Source of the DNA: the human T2T-CHM13v2.0 reference genome, Homo sapiens
Assembly: GCF_009914755.1 (NCBI RefSeq)
Contig: NC_060940.1
DNA length: 64,000 nt
Reading direction: 5' to 3' (one strand)
The notes beneath the pieces were generated by a model, which did no database searches, was not told the origin of the DNA, and worked only from the letters and a program-made list of their open reading frames with translations. Below are positions 45,450 to 58,830 of the stretch, in pieces. The position numbers were made by a program, and so were the translations under genes. Each line of letters starts with the position of its first letter. Position 1 is the first letter of the stretch.

Positions 45450-45900
45450 ATTGTCATTTTAGAATTTTTAGATATGTTTGATAACAGATAAAGGTTGAAA
45501 ATACATCAAATATAATTATACCATTAAGGCTGTCATCATTCACATATTTCTGCACAATCCTTTCCTAGCTAACATTTTATATGATATTTAAATTTTTTTA
45601 TTTTTAGCTTGTTTAAAGTTAAATTTTAATATAAGAATGTTTCATATTGTTAAACTGTTTCTAAAGATTATTTTTTAATATTGTGTACTGTTACGTATAT
45701 CAGATGAGCCATAATTAACTTATCTATTAACTCATTTTAAACAGAAAAGATAATTTTGCTTTTTCACTATTGTAAGTAATGACGTGGTGGAAATCTTCAT
45801 CTATAGAGCTTGTTGCCTTTAATAGGACATTCCCTGAAATTGATACTGGGTCAAAAATTGAGAATCTTTGTTAAGATTCTCAACTTGTCAACTAACACTT
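45450..45900 (-). mobile_element. Ancient L1ME relic
   Basis: 'ccataattaacttatc...ttttcactattgtaagtaatg...aattgatactgggtcaaa'. Confidence 0.55.
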
Positions 45901-46416
45901 TATTTACCTAAATTTATCATAAGTAATGAAACAACCACTACTATTTCATTAGTAGTTGATATTATGTAATTTTGATTAATGTGAGATTCTTATATGCTAA
46001 AACAAAGAAATATATTAATTATCATTTTAACTTTCAAGTCACCTTGAAAATTGTTTTGCATGCATTTGGTGCTTGACACATAGTTCTCGAATTAATTGGG
46101 CATTATGATATATTCTTATTACTGCATAGCATTTATTCCATATTCCATCAATCAAGAAAAACCAATGTAAAGAAACATTGCTACTGTAGATTGAGTGTGG
46201 TCTGAGTCTCTTCATCCAGTAATTGTTGTCAAGGTTTTGATGACAATATAGGGTAGGAATTTTAGTATTTCCATTCTGGCATCACCATGAGGTCAAGTTC
46301 TTGCGTGGCCTTAGAAAAGTCATATTTGCTTTCTGGTCTTCAGTTTGTCCAATACTACTTAATTAAGTGGAATGAGGCACACAATGGACTCCCATCTACT
46401 CCTATGACACTGATCA

Positions 46417-47522
<1,106 letters not shown>

Positions 47523-47531
47523 AAAAATGTT

Positions 47532-47936
47532 TGTCTTACTCAATTTAAGGTTGCTATAAATAAATGTCTGAGGCCAGGTAAGAGAAAAGAGATTTATTTG
47601 GCTCATGGTTCTACAGGCTGTACAAGACGCATGGCACCAGCATCTGCTTCTGGTGTGGACTTCAGGGATCTTCCACTCCTGACAGCTGAGATCACATGGC
47701 AAGAGAGGAGGGAGGAGAGAGAAGGGGGAGATACTAGACTCCTTTCAACAATCAGCTCCTATAGGAACTCACAGAGTGAGAACTCGCTCACCTCTATCCC
47801 AGGGAGGGCATTAATTTATTCATGAAGGGTTTACCCCCATGACCCAAACCTCCTATTAGGCTCCAACTTCCAACATTGAGATCGAAGTTTAACAAGAGGT
47901 TCTGGGGAGACAAACTTCCAAACTATAGTTGTTTCA
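47532..47936 (-). mobile_element. MaLR solo LTR (MSTB-like)
   Basis: 'atttatttggctcatggttctacaggctgtacaaga..catggcaccagcatctgcttctggtg', 'ccccatgacccaaac...ccaacattg...caaactatag'. Confidence 0.88.
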
Positions 47937-48431
47937 ATGTTCAGGAGTTAGCATCCTGAAATCATTTTTAATGATTAATATTTAATTATATAATATTTCA
48001 GTATTTTCTGTGTAATTACCAATAAGCTTCATTTATAGCATAGTCTAATATATATTTTATGCTACATAAAATGACTAAATATTATGAAAAAGTATCACTT
48101 ACCATTGGTTTCACTATATTTTTGAACAATTTGAGCTCAAATAAATCAAATTAAATCCTGTTGTGCATTACTAACGTCCAAAAATAATTTTTCTCTCTAT
48201 TGCCAGGTCTGTGCTGTTCTTTTAATGATGGAATATGGCAGCATGCTTCTAAAGCTCTAAATGTACCACTTTCAAAGTTTTTCACAGTGGGTTGCAGCAT
48301 CAGATGCCTATTTCTAGAAATTCTCTACTTCAGCTGGCCTCCCACATACTTTGAGTTGTGGAGATTATTAAAAATTTGAACGATGGAAAAAAAATTTATA
48401 TTTAAAACCAACACAATATATTAAGAATCAG

Positions 48432-48468
<37 letters not shown>

Positions 48469-48476
48469 TTCTCTCA
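48432..48476. repeat. (TC)n microsatellite
   Basis: Direct run. Confidence 0.9.
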
Positions 48477-50179
48477 GAAAAAGCTACCTTTAAAAATTAA
48501 AATATAGCGGGTTCTCAGATTTGGATGGATTCCTAGGTTATTCAGTTCTTCCTAGGTACAAATCTCTGACGGGTTGATGACCCACCTTTTCTTGAATATC
48601 ATCCGTGTCTGAAATGTCTAGAAGATGCCTTCTCCTTGCTGGACAGCTCAACTAGAAAATGTTACCTTGGTTGAAACAGTCACACCTCCCTTTCGAACCT
48701 TTATTGATTACAGTTCTCCAAAACTTCTTAAAGCATATTGTAGCCATAAGCATTTTGTAGAAAATATGTTTCTGCAAAACTGAATGTTTCATTTAATTGA
48801 CAGGTGATACATATTTTTCTTTTTTGCATAAAGAACAGGCTTTTCCCTTTTACACATCTGTTTCCCCCTTGCTGTTTACCCGGGTGATATCTGCTAATAT
48901 TTGACCACTCCCATAACCTGGATTCATTTCAAAAGCATCATCATCCTTCAGGAATTTGCTGAAACGTTCCATATCTCTGATACTTTCCTAATTTATTTAT
49001 CAAAGTTTTCTTCTTTATCATTCTTTTCCTGGAGCACTGAAAACTATCTTGTTTGCCTTTGAATATATGCTTCTGTTTTGTGGCAAAATGAATACTCCTT
49101 AATTTTCTGTCTGGGTGAATGAAACAAAATTTCCAAGTATCACCAAAAAGATATAAATTACATTCTGACAGATTTCCTTTAGTTGAAACCATCTCATATT
49201 ATCACTTCCACAACCCTAGGCCTGCAATCCCTAGTTGCAAGTAGTGGTTCAATCTAGGAAAGTAACAAAAACAAAAACAACATGACTGATTTAACAATAT
49301 ATAAGCTTACATATGAAAATTGCCATAACTTCTAATTGATGGAAGTTTCTTTTTTTTAAATTATGAAATGATAGACTTGTTGCAATAGGCATCATTGGGT
49401 TGAACATCAGAACATTTTCCTGCTTTGCTTTATGTGATGGGGCCAGTGCTCTGCTCTGATTGCTTAAGGTTAAATTGCGTATTTAAAGCACGTAGCACAT
49501 TGACTGACACATCAGAAAGGTACATAAATGTAATAACCTTTTAGATTTTTTTAAAAATAGGAGTAACTCAGAGGGGAAATCTACCTTCTGTGCATCATAA
49601 ATGGCTTCTGTCTTCATTAACGGGTGAAGGAAGTAGAGAAAGTTAAATGCCTATAATTAAGTCTTGGGACCTCTCTGTAATTGTAACATAATATGCCCTT
49701 CCTCTCCAAATCACATGTATTCAAAGGGAGCAGAAAACCTCTTCGTACAGGCCCATTCAGTCTATCCCAGGACTGTATTCTTCAGGGCTGTATTCCTAGT
49801 TTCCAGAAGGGTGTCTTGAATTCTAGTATTTGCTACATGAGATGAACAGAGGAATGAATGAACTCTTGCCTCAACCTTCGAAGGACATGTATTTACTCAA
49901 AATGCTATTGATTAATTTTTAATTAACTCTTTCTTCCAGGCCAATGTCAAATTTATAAGTACCCAGATTGTTTAAGAAAAAAGAAGAAAAATAAAAATAA
50001 AACTTTAATATTAATATTAGCATTATAATAAAGTTAAACATATCAGTGTTTTTTAAGATCCTCCATATGTGTGCTGACATTCCTTTCCTCTCCAGCATTC
50101 ATATTATATCACTTACTACTTTTTTTTTTCTGCATTGATCTTTTCTCAGATTGTTAAATAATTTTAGCTCAGGACTCGT

Positions 50180-50449
50180 TACTCAAGCCTTTCCACTAGA
50201 ATTGTTTCTCCCTTATCGCTGTCTATCATCCTTTCCTCCATTGCTCAATTAAGTCCTGCTTATTTATTATACATGTCTGCTTAAATGCCAGTTCTTTGGG
50301 AAAATATTTTAGATTTATTTTTGGTCAGATTTATTGTTATAATCTCTTCTTAAAATATATTATTGTCTCTTAAAAATGCCTATCTCAGTTTGTAGTTATT
50401 TGTGTAATCATTTTATATAACAATTTGTGTAATTTAAAAATTTTTATAT
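50180..50449 (+). mobile_element. L2 relic split by the HERV-L; resumes at ~57114-57205
   Basis: 'tctgcttaaatgcca..tctttgggaaa' before, 'tagattctaaattccataagaataagatctatgt' after the provirus. Confidence 0.55.
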
Positions 50450-50981
50450 TGTGATGATTAATACCAAGTGTCGACTTGATTGTATTGAAGGATGCAAAGC
50501 ATTGATATTGGGTGTGTCTGTGTGGGTGTTACCTAAGGAGATTAACATTTGAGTCAGTGGACTGGGAGAGGCAGACCTACCCTCAATCTGGGTGGACCCA
50601 GTCTAATCATCTGCCAGCATGGCCAGAATAAAAGCAGGCAGAAGAACGTGAAAAGACTAGACTGGCCTAGCCTCCCAGCCTTCATCTTTCTCCTGTGCTG
50701 GATGCTTCCTGGTCCAGAATATCACACTCCAAGTTCTTCAGCTTTGGGACTCAGGCTGGCTTCCTTACTCCTCAGCTTGCAGACAGCCTGTTGTGGGAAC
50801 TGGTGATTGTGTAAGTTAATACTCTTTAATAAACCCCAATATATATCATATATGATATATATGATATATATCATATATATCATATATGATATATATGATA
50901 TATATCATATATATCATATATGATATATATGATATATATATCTTACTAGTTCTGTCCTTCTAGAGAACCTTGAGTAATACA
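50450..50981 (+). mobile_element. 5' LTR, MLT2A1-type
   Basis: 'tgtgatgattaatac...aaaagactagactggcctagcctcccagcc...agagaaccttgagtaataca'. Confidence 0.93.
50839..50942. repeat. Palindromic AT minisatellite (~3 x 34 bp) inside the 5' LTR
   Basis: Unit atatatcatatatgatatatatgatatatatcat. Confidence 0.9.
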
Positions 50982-50986
50982 AATTT

Positions 50987-51004
50987 TGGTACCAGGAGTG
51001 ATTC
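50987..51004 (+). promoter_or_regulatory. Primer-binding site (tRNA-Leu type, HERV-L)
   Basis: 'tggtaccaggagtgattc' a few nt after the 5' LTR. Confidence 0.8.
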
Positions 51005-51089
51005 TAGAGGAACAGAATATTAAGGATTGAGTTATTTCGTTGGTTTAGGGGTTTCTAGATTTGGCTGCTTAGTATGATTAGACCCAAAA

Positions 51090-52770
51090 ATGCTGAAGAC
51101 TCTACTTCTAATAGTATGGGGAAACACTGATAGTCCTTGGTGTGAACTGTTTAGAGAATTATGCAAAATAAATGCATGTGGCACTTTTGATTCTCTGTTC
51201 ATGAAAGGCAAGATGTTTAGTGACTCTGTGTGTAATACCTTTGACTATATGTGGAGAACCATGAATGAAGTTGGTTGTTTGCTCATAAGTTCACTGGACA
51301 AAGTGATGAAAGAAAATGATGAACTCAGGGATTCTAACTCCCAGCTTCAGAAGCAGATACAGAGCCTCAAATCTTCGAAGATTGCCCTGAGCGAAAGTCC
51401 TATCTCCTGTAGAAAAAAGAGCTGAAATTGTGGAAAAACAGACACAAGCTCTTATAATGCAAGTGGCTGACCTACAATGAAAGGTGCTTGCACAGCCTCG
51501 CCAGGTGTCTACTGTTGAAGTGAGGGAATTCATTGGGAAAGAATGAGACCCTGAAACTTGGAATGGGGACATGTGGGAGAACCTGATGAAGCTGGGGACA
51601 CTGAGCATGTAAACTCTGATGAACCTTTTTTTTTCCAGAAGAAACAGCTTCCGTATCTCCTGTAGTGGCAACATTTCCTTCCTGACCTATGTTGCCATCA
51701 GTCTTTCCACCTTTGTCTGAGGACATAAACCCTGAGCTATCTGTGGCTACAGTGAGGGACTCCCCTGAGGCTGTTGCCAGGCAATATAATGTTGATTCTC
51801 CTCAGGACCCACTCTCAACACCCCTGTTTGCTTTTAGACCTATACCTAGACTAAAGTCCTCCTGGGCCCCTAGAAGTGAGATTCACAGTGTGACCCATGA
51901 GGATTTACACTACACTTGGAAAGAACCCTTGAGTTTTCTAATTTATATGAGCAGAAATCTGGAGAACAGGCATGGGAATGGATATTAAGGGTGTGGGATA
52001 ATGGTAGAAGAAACATAGAATTGGATCAAGCTGAATTTATTGACTTGGGCCCACTAAGTAGGGATTATGCATTTAATGTTACAGCTCAGAGAGTTAAAAA
52101 AGGTTCTAATAGTTTATTTGCTTGATTAGTTGAAATATGGATTAAAAGATGGCCCACTGTGTGCAAGCTGGAAATGCCAGATCTCCCTTGGTTTAATGTA
52201 GAGGAAGGGATCCAAAGGCTTAGAGAGATTGGGATGTTGGAGTGGATTAGTCACTTTAGACTTACTCATCCCAGCTGAGAAGTTCCAAAAGATAAACCCC
52301 TGACCAATGCTTCGCAAAACAGATTTGTGAGGGCAGCACCTGCATCTTTGAAGAGCCCCGTAATCACTCTTCTCTGTCTGTCAGATCTAATCATGGGAAC
52401 TACAGTCACTCAACTGCAAAATTTAAATACAATGGGAATAATTGGACCCTGAGGTGACAGGGGCCAAGTGGCCACAGTCAATCTTCAAAGGCAAGGTGGG
52501 CATAGCTACCATAATAGACAGCAGAGGCAAAGCAGCAATCAGAATAGTCTGACTTGTGTAGAGCTCTGACATTAGAAAATTAATCATGGTGTTCCTAGAA
52601 GTGAAATTGATAGGAAGCCTACAGCATTCCTACTTAATTTATATAAGCAGAAACCTTCCAGGTTGAGTGGACAAAATACTAACTCGAATTATAAAAACAG
52701 AGAATCATGGCCCCTCAATCAATTTCCAGACTTTAGCCAATTCACAGACCCAGAAACTCTTGAATGAAGG
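51090..52770 (+). pseudogene. gag: HERV-L gag, multiple stops and frameshifts
   Basis: Fragments 'DSPWCELFRELCKINA', 'MKENDELRDSNSQLQKQI', 'QKSGEQAWEWILRVWDNG'. Confidence 0.85.
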
Positions 52771-52785
52771 GGAGGCCATGTTCCC

Positions 52786-55700
52786 TTGAGGAAGGACCCC
52801 ACTACACCACTGACAATTTATGCTGTTAATATTTCTCCCACCCTTACCCAAGGAGACCTCCAGCCTTTTGCCTGGTTAACTGTGCATTGGGGAAAGGGAA
52901 ATGATCAGACATTTCAGAGACTACTGAACACTGCCTCTGAGCTGATATTCATTTCAGGGTACTCAAAATGTCACTGTGGTCCTCCAGTTAAAGTAGGGGC
53001 TTATGGAAGTCAGGTAATTAATGGAGTTATGGCTCAGGTCTGACTTACAGCAGGTCCAGTGGGTCCCTGGACTCATCCTGTGTTCATTTTCCCAGTGCCA
53101 GAATGCATAATTGGCATTGTCATACTTAGAGGCTGGCAGAACCCCCACATTGATTCTGTGACTGGTAAGGTGAGGGCTATTATGGTGGGAAAGGCCAAAT
53201 GGAAGCCATTGGAGCTGCCTTTACCTAGGAAAATAGTAAATCAAAAACATTATCACCACCCTGGAGGGATTGCAGAGATTAGTGCCACCATCAAGGACTT
53301 GAAAAATGCAGGGGTGGCGATTCCCATAACATCCTTGTTCAACTCTCCTTTTTGGCCTGTGCAGAAGACAGATGGATCTTGGAGAATGAGAGTGGATTAT
53401 CATAAGCTTAACCAAGTGGTGACTCCAATTGCAGCTGCTATACAAGATGTGGTTTCATTGCTCAAGCAAATTAATACATCTCCTGGTACCTTGTATGCAG
53501 CCATTGACTTGGCAAATGGCCTTTTACCCATTCCATAAGCCCCACCAGAAGCAATTTGCCTTCAGCTGGCAAGGCCAGCAATGTATCTTTACTGTCCTAC
53601 TTCAGGGGTATATCAACTCTCCGGCTTTGTGTCATAATCTTATTCAGAGTGATCTTGATCACTTTTCACTGCCACAAGATATCACACTGGTCCATTACAT
53701 TGATGGCATTATGTTGATTGGATCCAATGAGCAAGAAGTAGCAAACACACTGGACTTATTGGTGAGACATTTGCATGCCATAGGATGGGAAATAAATCCA
53801 AATAAAATTCACGCACCCTCTACCTCAGTAAAATTTCTAGGGTCCAGTGGTGTGGGGCCTGTCGAGATATTCCTTTAAAGGGAAGGATAAATTGCTGCAT
53901 TTGGCACCTCCTACAGCCAAGAAAGAGACACATCGCCTAGTGGACCTATTTGGATTTTGGAGACAACACATTTCTTATTTGGGTGTGCTATTCCAGCCCA
54001 TTTATCCAGTGACACAAAAGGCTGCCGGTTTTGAGTGGAGTCCAGAACAGAAGGCTCTGCAACGGGTCCAGGCTGCTGTGCAAGCTACTCTGCCACTTGG
54101 ACCACATGACCCAGCAGATCCAACGGTGCTTGAGGTTTCAGTGGCAGACAGTGATGCTGTTTGGAGCCTCTGGCAGGCCCTCACAGGTAAATCACAGTGG
54201 AGGCCTCTAGGATTTTGGAGCAAGGCCCTGCCATCTTCTGCAGATAACTACTCTCCTGAGAGACAGCACTTTTCCTGTTATTGGGCTTTGGTGGAAACTG
54301 AGTGTTTGACTATGGGTCATCAAGTCACTATGTGACCTGAACTGCCTGTCATAAACTGAATGCTTTAAGACCCATCTAGTCATAAAGTGGGTCATGCACA
54401 GCAGCATTCAATCATCAAATTGATGTAGTATATATGTGATTGCGCTCATGCAGGTCCTGAAGGCACAAGTAAGTTACATAAGGAAGTGTCTCAAATGCCC
54501 ATGGTCTCCACTCCTGCCACCCTGCCTTCTCTCCCCCAGCCTGAACTGAGGGCCTCATCGGGAGTTCCCTATGATCAGTTGACAGAGTAAGAGAAGACTA
54601 GGGCCTGGTTCACAGATGGTTCTGCACAATATGCAGGCACCACCTGAAAGTGGACAGCTACAGCACTATGGCCCCTTTCTAGGACATCCCTGAAGGACAG
54701 TGATGAAGGGAAATCGTCCCAGTAGGCACAACTTCGAGCAGTGAACCTGGCTGTGCACTTTGCATGGAAGAAGAAATGGCCAGATGTGCGATTATATACT
54801 GATCCATAGGCTGTAGCCAATGGTTTGGCTGGTTGAACAGGGACTTGGAAGAAGCATAATTGGAAAATTGGTGACAAAGACATTTGGGGAAGAGGTATGT
54901 GGATGGACCTCTCTGATTGCTCAAAGACTATGAAGATATTTGTATCCCACGTGAGTGCTCACCAGCAGGTGGTCTCAGCAGAGGAGGATTTTAATAATCA
55001 AGTGGATAGGATGACCTGTTCTGTTGACACCATTCAGCCTCTTTCCCCAGCCGCTGCTGTCATTGCCTAATGGGCTCAGGAACAAAGTGGCCACAGTTGC
55101 AGGGATGGAGGTTACTCATGGGCCCAGCAACATGGAATTCCACTCACCAAGGCTGACCTGGCTATGGCCACTGCTGAGTGCCCAATTTGCCAGCAGCAGA
55201 GACCAACACTGAGACCTCAATATGGCACCATTCCTCAGGGTGATCAGCCAGCTACCTGGTGGCAGGTTGATTATATTGGACCTCTTCCATCATGGAAAAG
55301 GCAGAGGTTTGTCCTCACTGGAATAGACACTTACTTTAGATATGGGCTTGCCTATTCTGTGTGCAATGCTTCTGCCAAGACTACCATCCATGGACTCAGG
55401 GAATGCCTTATCCACCATCATGGTATTCCACACAGAATTGCCTCTAACCAAGGCACTCACATTATGGCTAAAGAAATGTGGCAGTGGACTCATGCTCATG
55501 GAATTCACTGGTCTTACCATGTTCCCCATTATCTTGAAGCAACTAGATTGATAGAACGGTGGAATGGCCTCTTGAAGTCACAATTACATTGTCAACTAGG
55601 TGACAATACTTTGCAGGGCTGGGGCAAAGTTCTCCAGAAGGCCGTGTATGCTCTGAATCAGCATCCAATATACGGTACTCTTTCTCCCATAGCCAGGATT

Positions 55701-56099
55701 CATCAAGGGGTGGAAGTGGAAGTGGCACCACTCACCATCACCCCTAGAGATCCACTAGCAAAATTTTTGTTTCCTGTTCCCCCGACATTATGTTCTGCTG
55801 GCCTAGAGGTCTTAGTCCCAGATGGAGGAATGCTGCCACGAGGAGACACAACAACGATTCCATTAAAGTGGAAGTTAAGATTGCCACCTGGACACTTTGG
55901 GCTCCTCCTACCTTTAAGTCAACAGGCTAAGAAGGGAGTTACAGTGTTGGCTGGGGTGATTGACCAAGACTGTCAAGAAGAAATCAATTTGCTACTCCAC
56001 AACGGAGGTAAGGAAGAGTATGAATGGAATCCAGGAGATCCATTAGTGCATCTCTTAATATTATCCTGTGATTATATTACTCTTAATACTGCCCTGTGA
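52786..56099 (+). pseudogene. pol: HERV-L pro-pol (protease, RT, RNase H, integrase, dUTPase), disrupted
   Basis: PR 'LLNTASEL'; RT 'FNSPFWPVQKTDGSWRM', 'QGYINSP', 'HYIDG'; RNaseH 'WFTDGSA'; IN 'CPICQQ','WQVDYIGP','IERWNG'; dUTPase 'LPPGHFGLL','AGVIDQD'. Confidence 0.93.
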
Positions 56100-56636
56100 T
56101 TAAGGTCAATGGGAAATTACAGCCCAATTCAGGCAGGACTTCAAATGGCCCAGACCCTTCAAAAAATTAAGGTTTGGGTCACTCCACCAGGAAAAAACAC
56201 AAAAACAAAAAATGTGACCTGCTGAGCTGCTTGCTGAAGGCAAATGGAATACAGAATGGGTAGTAGAAGAAGTTAGTCATCAATACCAGCTATGATCACG
56301 TGACCAGTTGCAGAAACAAGGACTGTAATTATCATGAGTATTTCCTCCTTCTTTTGTTAACATGTACTAAGAAAATATCTTCGATTTATTGTAGTTGTAC
56401 CAAGAAAATATCTTCGGTTTATTTCATTTTTCCTTTACTATGTAACATAAGATTTACTGACTTCATATCAGCATTTAAGTATTGTTACCTTTATATAATA
56501 GCATTTGGGTTGGGGATTGATACATTTCCGGTTGTACAAAGGATAGTTGTATTATATTAGGCATAGTTATGACCTTATGACTGTCTTTATTTGAAGATTA
56601 TATATGATCTCAGGAGATGTGTACGGGTTCATGTTG

Positions 56637-56650
56637 ACAAGGGGTGGACT
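56637..56650 (+). promoter_or_regulatory. Polypurine tract
   Basis: 'acaaggggtggact' immediately 5' of the 3' LTR. Confidence 0.8.
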
Positions 56651-57108
56651 TGCGATGATTAATACTGAATGTCAACTTGATTGGATGGAAGGATGCAAAG
56701 TATTGATCCTGGGTGTGTCTGTGAGGGTGTTGTCAAAGGAGACTAACATTTGAGTCGTGGGTTGGGAAAAGCAGACCCACCCTCTATCTGGGTGGGCACC
56801 ATCAAGTTAGCTGCCAGTGCAGCCAGAAAATAAAGCAGGAAGAAAAACGTGAAAAGACTAGACTGTCCTAACCTCCCAGCCTACATCTTTCTCCTGTGCT
56901 GGATGCTTCCTGCTCTGGAACATCAGACTACAATTTCTTCAGCTTTGGGACTCAGACTGGTTTCTTTGTTCCTCAGCTTGCAGATGGCCTATTGTGAGAG
57001 CTTGTGATCATGTGAGTAATACTCCTTAATAAACTCCCCTTTAGATACACACACACACACACACACACACTATTAGTTCTGTCCCTCCAGAGAACCCTGA
57101 CTAATACA
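56651..57108 (+). mobile_element. 3' LTR, MLT2A1-type, with (CA)n
   Basis: 'tgcgatgattaatactgaatgtcaacttgattgg...agagaaccctgactaataca'; AATAAA at ~57028. Confidence 0.93.
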
Positions 57109-58211
57109 CATATAGATTCTAAATTCCATAAGAATAAGATCTATGTATCTATCTTGACCATTGTAACTCTGTTGCCTACTATGATTGATAAAAAGGGCTT
57201 AGTAACCAAGCACCAAAAGAAAGTGCAAAAAAAAAAAAATCTCCCAGCTGCTTACTGAAGTGGCTGCGTATGAGATTTATAATTTCTAACACTGTACAAT
57301 TCATAAACCTCTTTTAGAGGAATTGTTCTCCAGTGAGCAGTGCTTAACAAAAATATTTATTTAAATGTATTAGCAATAAGATATATTTCTGATTATTTCA
57401 CAATTATAGAACATTTGCGATAGGTATTTAATTCTAATTTTGAAAATCATGTTTTATGAATGTCTTAAATAAATTTTCTCAGTTTTCATTTAGTTGCCTG
57501 CTTAGCCTGTCTCAGCAGGTAGCATAATTGCCATCGTCTTCATCATTCTGAAGTAGTCATAAATTCTATCTGAAAAAAAATTCAAGGTCCACTTCTTGCA
57601 AAGGTAGTACGGAGAGTTCCCATATAGCCTTCATCCAGCTGCCCTTTATATCATGTCACAAATTTTAGTGTCTTCTCAAACATCAAGTTGTTTGAAAACA
57701 GGAAATTGCAGTTGGTTTGAGATAGACCTATATGGAGAATAAGTCTTTTAGAAGATCATCATGGAGCCCCAACTTCTTCCAAACTTGATCCAGTACTGGA
57801 GTTCACAGAGAAAGTCCTTCCTGTGAAGCAAGCAACAAAACCCATTCTCAGGATATCTCTGTTGTGTGCTGTTGACACACTGAAGAAAGGGGGAAATGGA
57901 GAGAAGCCTTTTTATACACACAAAGCCACTCATACTCAGAGGGAAAAAAAAGCCTATTGACTCTGGCTGTCTGACACACTTGTAAAAACATTAGTAATTA
58001 CCGAATCCTGGAATTTCACAGTTAATACTTGGAGAAATAAGTGACTCACTCCTAAAACATACATACATATACATACACACGTTATATGTGTGTATAATGT
58101 TTATGAATTATATACATATGTTTATTTACATATATAAAAATTACATTTTACATGCTGTGCATACTTGTGTGTATATATACACACGTACATACACATGCTA
58201 ATCTTAGAATT

Positions 58212-58495
58212 ACAGTAATATAGTAGTAGGTAATCACATGCGGCTATTGATCACTTCAAATGTAGCCAGTACAAATTGAGATGGGATATAAGTGTAAAAT
58301 CTACATAGGATTTTAAAGACTTAGTATCAAAAAGAATGTATAATATCTCATAATATTTTATATTGAATACTATTTTAGATATATGTAATTAGATAAAATA
58401 TTAAAAAGATCTCTCTATTTACCCTTTTAAAGTGGCTTCTAGAAAATGTATAATCACATATGGGGCTCACATTGTATTTTTATCAGACAGTGCAG
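58212..58495. mobile_element. MER33-like hAT-Charlie DNA transposon relic
   Basis: 'cacatgcggctattgatcacttcaaatgtagccagtacaaattgagatg...agacttagta...gtggcttctagaaaat...gctcacattgtattt..gacagtgc'. Confidence 0.8.
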
Positions 58496-58594
58496 ACTCA
58501 ATGACCATAGAAGTGCAGTAAAATCAAACAAAAAAACAGAGAGAATAAAAACATTGACTTAATGGTGGAAAGCTTTCCAAGGCAAAAGAGCACA

Positions 58595-58830
58595 ATAGGT
58601 AATACATGAGTTAGGCATCAGACTGAATTCAAATTCTACCTCTGCTACTTGTTAATTATGTGGCCTTGGAAAATATGTTTAATTAACTTTTCTAAACTGG
58701 GCTTTTACTTATATAAAAGGAAGAAGAAGAATCAAATCTAGCGGAAATGGCTATATAAAATAATACATTTAAACTCACACTACAATTTTTGTCATATAAT
58801 AAGATTAGCGCTCATTAAAGTTATTAAGTG
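58595..58830 (+). mobile_element. MIR
   Basis: 'catcagactgaattcaaattctacctctgctactt...tgtggccttggaaaa'. Confidence 0.75.

Larger units (their letters stand above)
50450..57108 (+). mobile_element. Near full-length HERV-L provirus (LTR-gag-pro-pol-dUTPase-LTR, no env)
   Basis: Two MLT2A1-type LTRs, PBS, PPT, 5-bp TSD tatat (50445-50449) / catat (57109-57113), RT/RNaseH/IN/dUTPase peptides. Confidence 0.97.

Noticed and set aside
50839-50942. Regular repeats here and at 28121 and 39836 as a CRISPR-like array
   Set aside because: No unique spacers, no cas genes, primate DNA; these are simple tandem duplications.
56100-56636. env gene between pol and the 3' LTR
   Set aside because: Only ~0.5 kb with no signal peptide, furin site or TM signature; HERV-L lacks env.
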